Virus record (IMG/VR): IMGVR_UViG_3300031260_000033
Coordinates: 1 to 31,251 of that record
Length of the DNA stretch: 31,251 nt
Direction: 5' to 3' (one strand)
Source of the DNA: a virus
Taxonomy: Duplodnaviria > Caudoviricetes
Positions 26,679 to 31,251 of this stretch are shown piece by piece; the stretch's first letter is position 1, and every line of letters starts with the position of its first letter. The translations under genes and the position numbers were made by a program. The notes below the pieces were generated by a model. That model saw only the letters and a program-made list of their open reading frames with translations, had not been told where the DNA came from and searched no databases.

Positions 26679-27124
26679 AATCTCTGCTCCTTCCTAATTC
26701 GCTTAATATTCTTCTCATAGTCTGTTTTGTGTGATTTTCTCATGGATTCATTATGGCATTCTTTTGAGCAATAAAACACAGTTTGGCCGTTTTTTTCATA
26801 CTTCCAATCCACGTATGATTTTATTTTTCTAAACTGTGTGCCGCAGATTGGGCATTTAAAAATAACAAATTCCGCACCGCCCCCCCCTACTAAAGGACAT
26901 TTTGGATTTTTCACACATTTGTTATATTTATTTAGTCTTTTTATCTGTTCGTTATAATGTTGTATATTATATTTTTTACTATATTCTTTCATATATTCTT
27001 TCATACATTCTTTACACCACGATTTGTGGCCGTCTTTGCAATTTTTGTTTTTGTGGAACTCACTAAACGCCTTAATTTCGCCGCACTTCAGGCATCGTTT
27101 GAATCCTTCTGGTATATCAGTCAT
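26675..27124 (-). CDS. Multi-Zn-finger protein (HNH-associated N-terminal finger plus CxxC/FYCS finger, no nuclease motif)
   Basis: KRCLKCGEIK...WCKEC and CPICG...FYCSKEC; likely start at 27124. Confidence 0.7.
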   Translation of the reverse strand: MTDIPEGFKRCLKCGEIKAFSEFHKNKNCKDGHKSWCKECMKEYMKEYSKKYNIQHYNEQIKRLNKYNKCVKNPKCPLVGGGGAEFVIFKCPICGTQFRKIKSYVDWKYEKNGQTVFYCSKECHNESMRKSHKTDYEKNIKRIRKEQRL

Positions 27125-27311
27125 AATCAATCCACATCCACGCGCCGTCCTGGTGCTGCACAACAAGGCCGTCTGCATTCAATCGGCGCATAATTGCTCC
27201 TGTTGCGCGCCCTGACTTAAGATTCAGCGCCTTTGTAATCTGCTGTGCCGTAAGTGGCACAGTTGAATTTTGCAAGAGTTTTGCAATCCTTGGTCTTTGT
27301 GATGCTGACAT
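27117..27311 (-). CDS. Winged helix-turn-helix protein
   Basis: PLTAQQITKALNL...GAIMRRL...GLVVQ...W. Confidence 0.75.
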   Translation of the reverse strand: MSASQRPRIAKLLQNSTVPLTAQQITKALNLKSGRATGAIMRRLNADGLVVQHQDGAWMWIDYD

Positions 27312-27499
27312 TATTCAGACACCTCTGTATTGGCATCTATACCCTCATTCCGGATGCAGTCGATATAATGATCAATTGCAAGTTCAATAAAGGCACTGCG
27401 TCCACCTGGTGCGCCTACAATGGAATCTATTTCCATTATCATATCTTCCGGCAGCGTGACCGACGTCACACGCCGCCATGCTTTCTTTTCTGTTGTCAT
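27311..27499 (-). CDS. Ribbon-helix-helix (CopG/NikR-like) regulator
   Basis: TSVTLPEDMIMEIDSIV...RSAFIELAIDHYI. Confidence 0.85.
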   Translation of the reverse strand: MTTEKKAWRRVTSVTLPEDMIMEIDSIVGAPGGRSAFIELAIDHYIDCIRNEGIDANTEVSE

Positions 27500-27723
27500 A
27501 GTGTCACCCTACTTCTATTAATCCATCCCATATAGTGCCCCAGCCTCATAGTCTTAAATTCTTCTTCTGACTCAAATTCCCATCTGGTTTCAAAAATGCG
27601 CCACTGATTAAGCCATACTATTTCTGATTGTACCAAGCTGTGGTTAGTCATACAAATATTCATATATTCCCAAAAATGTTTTTTGGAATATGATTTCCAG
27701 GTCTGCCAGTTATCAATAGTCAT
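27496..27723 (-). CDS. Hypothetical Trp-rich protein
   Basis: 75 aa, ATGA-coupled. Confidence 0.7.
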   Translation of the reverse strand: MTIDNWQTWKSYSKKHFWEYMNICMTNHSLVQSEIVWLNQWRIFETRWEFESEEEFKTMRLGHYMGWINRSRVTL

Positions 27724-27851
27724 AAATATTCTTCCATTTGGTCAGTATTGCAGTATGTCATACAGAACTCTTCAAAGTCTGTATCTTCGTCCCCTGTCCG
27801 CTCAACATATTCCTCATATTCTTTCTCAAGTGATGTAATACTTTCAGTCAT
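27720..27851 (-). CDS. Highly acidic micro-protein (43 aa), not in the ORF track
   Basis: MTESITSLEKEYEEYVERTGDEDTDFEEFCMTYCNTDQMEEYL; ATGA overlaps at both ends. Confidence 0.7.
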   Translation of the reverse strand: MTESITSLEKEYEEYVERTGDEDTDFEEFCMTYCNTDQMEEYL

Positions 27852-28006
27852 ATCATATCGTCTCCCGTTTGCCAGATATATCTTTTGTCAGAACAATCTA
27901 CGATCTTTGCAAAAAAAAGTGTTTTAGCGTGCCTGAGGGCGCTCTCAAAAGACTTGTGATGATATTCATCACCAAAGGATCTGACTTCGTATCCGTAGTC
28001 CTTCAT
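27848..28006 (-). CDS. Micro-protein (52 aa), not in the ORF track
   Basis: MKDYGYEVRSFGDEYHHKSFESALRHAKTLFFAKIVDCSDKRYIWQTGDDMI; GAGGTGG RBS; ATGA overlaps. Confidence 0.7.
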   Translation of the reverse strand: MKDYGYEVRSFGDEYHHKSFESALRHAKTLFFAKIVDCSDKRYIWQTGDDMI

Positions 28007-28164
28007 TCTGCCACCTCAACTGAAGTTATCTTCATGTCCCGGTCATCTGACGGGAATTCGTGTTCTGCCTGTTCATATGCCATTGCGCAGGCATCTGAGT
28101 AAGTTCCTGCATCCACAAGGAATGCCGTTTCATATGTTACTTCCATATAAACTATGTATTTCAT
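28003..28164 (-). CDS. Acidic micro-protein (53 aa), not in the ORF track
   Basis: MKYIVYMEVTYETAFLVDAGTYSDACAMAYEQAEHEFPSDDRDMKITSVEVAE. Confidence 0.7.
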   Translation of the reverse strand: MKYIVYMEVTYETAFLVDAGTYSDACAMAYEQAEHEFPSDDRDMKITSVEVAE

Positions 28165-28182
28165 TTAAATCGCCTAAAAAAA

Positions 28183-28404
28183 TTATTGGCACTCGAGGTA
28201 GCCATTCTTGTTCGTAAGTGTGTAATTTCCGTTTAGAGCCACAATTTTAAGATTCTTTGCGTTTCTAATATAGTAGTTTCCTGTTTCTGTGTTCTTAACT
28301 ACCTGGTGCACTGCGTTTCTTGCACCGTGCAGCTCGTATTCAACCATTTCGCTGAATTCATTCTTGTAGCATACTGGGATTACTTCTTTGTTTCCGAGTT
28401 TCAT
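28183..28404 (-). CDS. Hypothetical protein (73 aa)
   Basis: ATG 28404 with AGGAG RBS directly behind the 34-bp promoter; a T-tract follows the stop. Confidence 0.75.
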   Translation of the reverse strand: MKLGNKEVIPVCYKNEFSEMVEYELHGARNAVHQVVKNTETGNYYIRNAKNLKIVALNGNYTLTNKNGYLECQ

Positions 28405-28428
28405 TTTACATTCTCCTTTGTGCCTTCG

Positions 28429-28462
28429 CACAATAATATATTATACTCAATTGTATTTATAC
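28429..28462 (-). promoter_or_regulatory. 34-bp repeated promoter (copy B)
   Basis: GTATAAATACAATTGAGTATAATATATTATTGTG; one mismatch to copy A. Confidence 0.8.
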
Positions 28463-28484
28463 TTTACTACATTGTAGGATAATT

Positions 28485-28790
28485 TAAGTTGTTTTGAGTT
28501 TTTCAGAGTTATTTTTATTGGATTCGGCCACAATGGTTGCTCCGATTGCCTTAAATGCACTCTTTTTGAGTTTTTTTAGTTTTTTCAACAAAAACGCAAT
28601 ACTGTAAAAAAGAGTCAACAGAATCGTTACAACCACTAAAATAACTAAATAACTACTATGTACTTATAATATACATATATTATATCTATATATTATAGAT
28701 ATTATTAGGATCTAAACCCATTTTGGCGTTTTGAGTTATTTTAGATATTAATTAAATAACTCAAAAAAACTCAAAAAAACTAAAAAAAAA
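28485..28790. repeat. AT-rich iteron-like region, putative replication origin
   Basis: About 10 (G/T)AGTT(A/T)TTT motifs in both orientations, a 13-bp inverted repeat (28729-28741/28754-28766), and a (TA)-rich core at about 28665-28705. Confidence 0.6.
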
Positions 28791-31142
28791 TTATTCTTTA
28801 ATTATCCAATCGTCCTCATTAAAGAATTCATGGATAATATATCGCTCAGCTCCGGCCCCCCCTTTCCCTTTGTATGTCCCTTTGAACCGTACAAGGTCTT
28901 CATTCTCACCAAGAACATATATTACGCCTCTGCGTGTTTTGTCATTTGAAGCGGCATATAACGGACATTTTCGGGTAAATTCCTTAACTGTTGACCCCTC
29001 GGCACCTTTTTTATATAGATATTCAGTAATCTGTTTTACGATTGCCTCAAATTCATTTGCAGATACTCTTGATTTAATCTTCTCTACAGTTTGCCTGGAA
29101 TAAAAATCGACATAGTCTATTGCCCATTTTGCATGAAACTCTTCCACTGTAAAAGACCCACATGATACAGCAACAATAAGAGATAGTCTTAATGCTATTT
29201 CATGCATCTTACCTAGCGCCTCTGCAATATGGAACATATCAAGATAGTTCATCCTCTCAATTAAATCGTCCTGGAACGCATCAAACAACTTTTCTGCCCC
29301 ATCAGACACAGGAATTAATATCGGGTCTGGGGCCTGTTCCACACCTGCAACATCTGACATATTTCCGGAACCTGAATGAGCATTGGCGCACCTATAAACC
29401 CAATTTTTAATATCATCATCTATAATTACTGGTTTTCGCTTCCTCGTCTTCTGCCGCCCTATTTCTGATTCGACAATAATAAACCGTGGAATAAATCCAT
29501 CTACAATGCTATCTGTTGTAATTGCGTCATAAAACGTATTTGGCGTTGTCATTGCCATAAGCGTGATCGCAGGGTGCATTATAGTTGCGTATTTTTTCAT
29601 GTCGTCCTTTTGCGCCTTTGTAAGTGACAATTTAGACAGCGCCGGTATCTTCGCAACAGAATGCAATTTCCCCCACATTGACATAAGCGCCGTAAATGCA
29701 TCTACTCCATGCGTATTATTTGCGCGCCTTGTAGATCCAAGCAGCCGCCCGAACTCATCAATAATGCCTATGTGTGTTGGGGCTTCAATCAATTCACTAT
29801 ATACAGCGCTACCCGATGAATATTTTGAAGTCCCAACAAGATTGGCACACCCTGCCGCAGTAAGTATCTCGGTTATCACAGTGGAGCTGTGCTCTTTACC
29901 GGAAGATGATAGGCCCACATTGATAAAATACAATGATGTGTAATTGTTCCAGTCTGTAACCCATCTGCGGCCAAGAGCAACAGACCCAATCGCCAATGCC
30001 GTCTGGACAGCAAACTGTGGCTGTGACTTAGGGGCAGTATTCTCATAATACTCTACAACTTTACCGAGAATGCCCGGCACAGTCAGCAGATGATCCGGCA
30101 CGCTCAATCCATGTTTATTGGTATCCAGTATCTCATTTTTTTCTGCTTGGTTCTTCATAATATTCTTAAATATTGCCTCCCCTACTTTGATCTCCTGAGC
30201 AACATTTGGCGAAATATAATTTTTAGAATAATGTTCTGTGACAATATTAAGCGCGTTGCTTATTGTTCTTTGGCCATAATCCTGGCGCTTATCCCATTTA
30301 TCATATCTATAAAGCCCGGAAGATCTGAATATTGATTCGATCTCTCTTGTGTCCTTAGTAAAAAATGCAATTTTGCAGCATAGAGCCTCGTCTGCTTCAG
30401 AATGTGATTTATATCCGGCTATGCTGCCTTGATATAATGTATTTGCTTTTGGGTCTTCCAGTAGCTTGTTGATAATCTCACGCTCTGATAATTCAGATGC
30501 ATGTTTGGGCACGGCGTGTGGAAATGGATTCTTATTGATCTTTGGTTCTGGATTAAGCTTATTGTAAATTTCTTCCAGAAGATCAGGATCAATTTCAGAT
30601 ACACAATCAGGGGAATGTTTGTATTTGTTCCCAGTAACTGTAAAATATCTCCCACTAAAATATAACTCACATGCACCGGTGTTTGTCCCGTTCCAATCGT
30701 CTTTTGGTTTCCCTTTGCAGATTACATGAAGGCCCGTCCCAGACGGTGATATTTCAGTATAACTGTTAATTGCCTGAACTTCAGCCCGAATTGCAGGATC
30801 GATAATTTCTCCGTCTTCATCCAATAGCGAACTTGTATGATTTCCATTTTCGTCTTTTGGTGCATCATAATCTATACCTATATACTCATCTGATTCTTTA
30901 AATGAGAAACCAACTCCCGAAAAATCTTCAGACTTCACACATTCATAAATAGAATTTAAATCCCATTTTGCCTTTTGAGACCCTGTCTTAATACCTTGTG
31001 GGGAATATGGCACCTTTGTTTGTTTACCCTTTGAATTACACTCATATCGCCACAAAATCCATTGTTTGCAGTTTTGTAGTTCTTCGGGTATGTTATCAAT
31101 ACAAACATTTATCTTTTTTAAAGTTCTATTATTATTGCTCAT
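28791..31142 (-). CDS. NrS-1-like primase-polymerase fused to a P-loop ATPase/helicase (DUF3987-like)
   Basis: IGIDYD, YTEISPSGTGLH, GRYFTVTG, SEADEAL...FRSSGL; C-terminal GLSSSGKE and IIDEFG. Confidence 0.88.
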   Translation of the reverse strand: MSNNNRTLKKINVCIDNIPEELQNCKQWILWRYECNSKGKQTKVPYSPQGIKTGSQKAKWDLNSIYECVKSEDFSGVGFSFKESDEYIGIDYDAPKDENGNHTSSLLDEDGEIIDPAIRAEVQAINSYTEISPSGTGLHVICKGKPKDDWNGTNTGACELYFSGRYFTVTGNKYKHSPDCVSEIDPDLLEEIYNKLNPEPKINKNPFPHAVPKHASELSEREIINKLLEDPKANTLYQGSIAGYKSHSEADEALCCKIAFFTKDTREIESIFRSSGLYRYDKWDKRQDYGQRTISNALNIVTEHYSKNYISPNVAQEIKVGEAIFKNIMKNQAEKNEILDTNKHGLSVPDHLLTVPGILGKVVEYYENTAPKSQPQFAVQTALAIGSVALGRRWVTDWNNYTSLYFINVGLSSSGKEHSSTVITEILTAAGCANLVGTSKYSSGSAVYSELIEAPTHIGIIDEFGRLLGSTRRANNTHGVDAFTALMSMWGKLHSVAKIPALSKLSLTKAQKDDMKKYATIMHPAITLMAMTTPNTFYDAITTDSIVDGFIPRFIIVESEIGRQKTRKRKPVIIDDDIKNWVYRCANAHSGSGNMSDVAGVEQAPDPILIPVSDGAEKLFDAFQDDLIERMNYLDMFHIAEALGKMHEIALRLSLIVAVSCGSFTVEEFHAKWAIDYVDFYSRQTVEKIKSRVSANEFEAIVKQITEYLYKKGAEGSTVKEFTRKCPLYAASNDKTRRGVIYVLGENEDLVRFKGTYKGKGGAGAERYIIHEFFNEDDWIIKE

Positions 31143-31156
31143 ATTTCACCAACATT

Positions 31157-31251
31157 TTATTTTCTTTCATTAAATTCAAAACGTGCTGATCTTGCGGCCA
31201 GGCATGCAGATTTTAATAAGTCCCAATATCTTTGTTGATTTTTATAATCTG
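31157..31251 (-). CDS. C-terminal end of a hypothetical protein (partial)
   Basis: Open frame ...YWDLLKSACLAARSARFEFNERK* ending just before the GGTGA RBS of the primase gene. Confidence 0.6.
   Translation of the reverse strand, partial: DYKNQQRYWDLLKSACLAARSARFEFNERK

Larger units (their letters stand above)
1..31251 (-). mobile_element. Siphovirus-like tailed virus or provirus, probably archaeal (incomplete genome)
   Basis: Full colinear set of terminase, portal, protease, capsid, neck, tail tube, tape measure, Dit and Tal genes with no sheath gene. Archaeal-type RBS (GGTGA/GAGGT upstream of 31142, 16878, 15753, 14552, 13168, 12411) and TATA promoters. Confidence 0.93.

Noticed and set aside
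26675-27124. HNH homing endonuclease
   Set aside because: Only the N-terminal Zn finger is present; no HNH catalytic motif was found.

Overview
The whole window is most of the genome of a siphovirus-like tailed virus (Caudoviricetes) or provirus, almost entirely on the minus strand. Its host is very probably a euryarchaeon, plausibly an S-layer methanogen. This is inferred from GGTGA/GAGGT ribosome-binding sites, BRE+TATA promoters about 25 nt upstream of ATGs, oligo-T terminators, and RHH and Zn-finger regulators. Read right to left the order is: NrS-1-like primase-polymerase/ATPase, an AT-rich repeat region (putative ori), a cassette of tiny genes under a duplicated promoter, a Holliday-junction resolvase, a frameshifted TGT/DpdA-like gene, terminases, portal, MuF, protease/scaffold, capsid fibre, major capsid, head-tail and tail genes, a divergent RHH switch, and a low-GC ParB plus B12/radical-SAM-like module cut by the left edge. 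The best leads are (1) a family of repeated archaeal promoters that marks inserted clusters of small, often acidic genes (candidate anti-defence genes, one with an in-frame amber codon), (2) two separate putative DNA-modification modules together with an apparent excess of GCGC, (3) a -1 frameshift site in the tail chaperone, (4) an apparently split distal-tail gene, and (5) a candidate structured ncRNA behind a palindromic promoter. All calls come from motif recognition by eye; no searches were run. No integrase, tRNA, CRISPR array or reverse transcriptase was seen.
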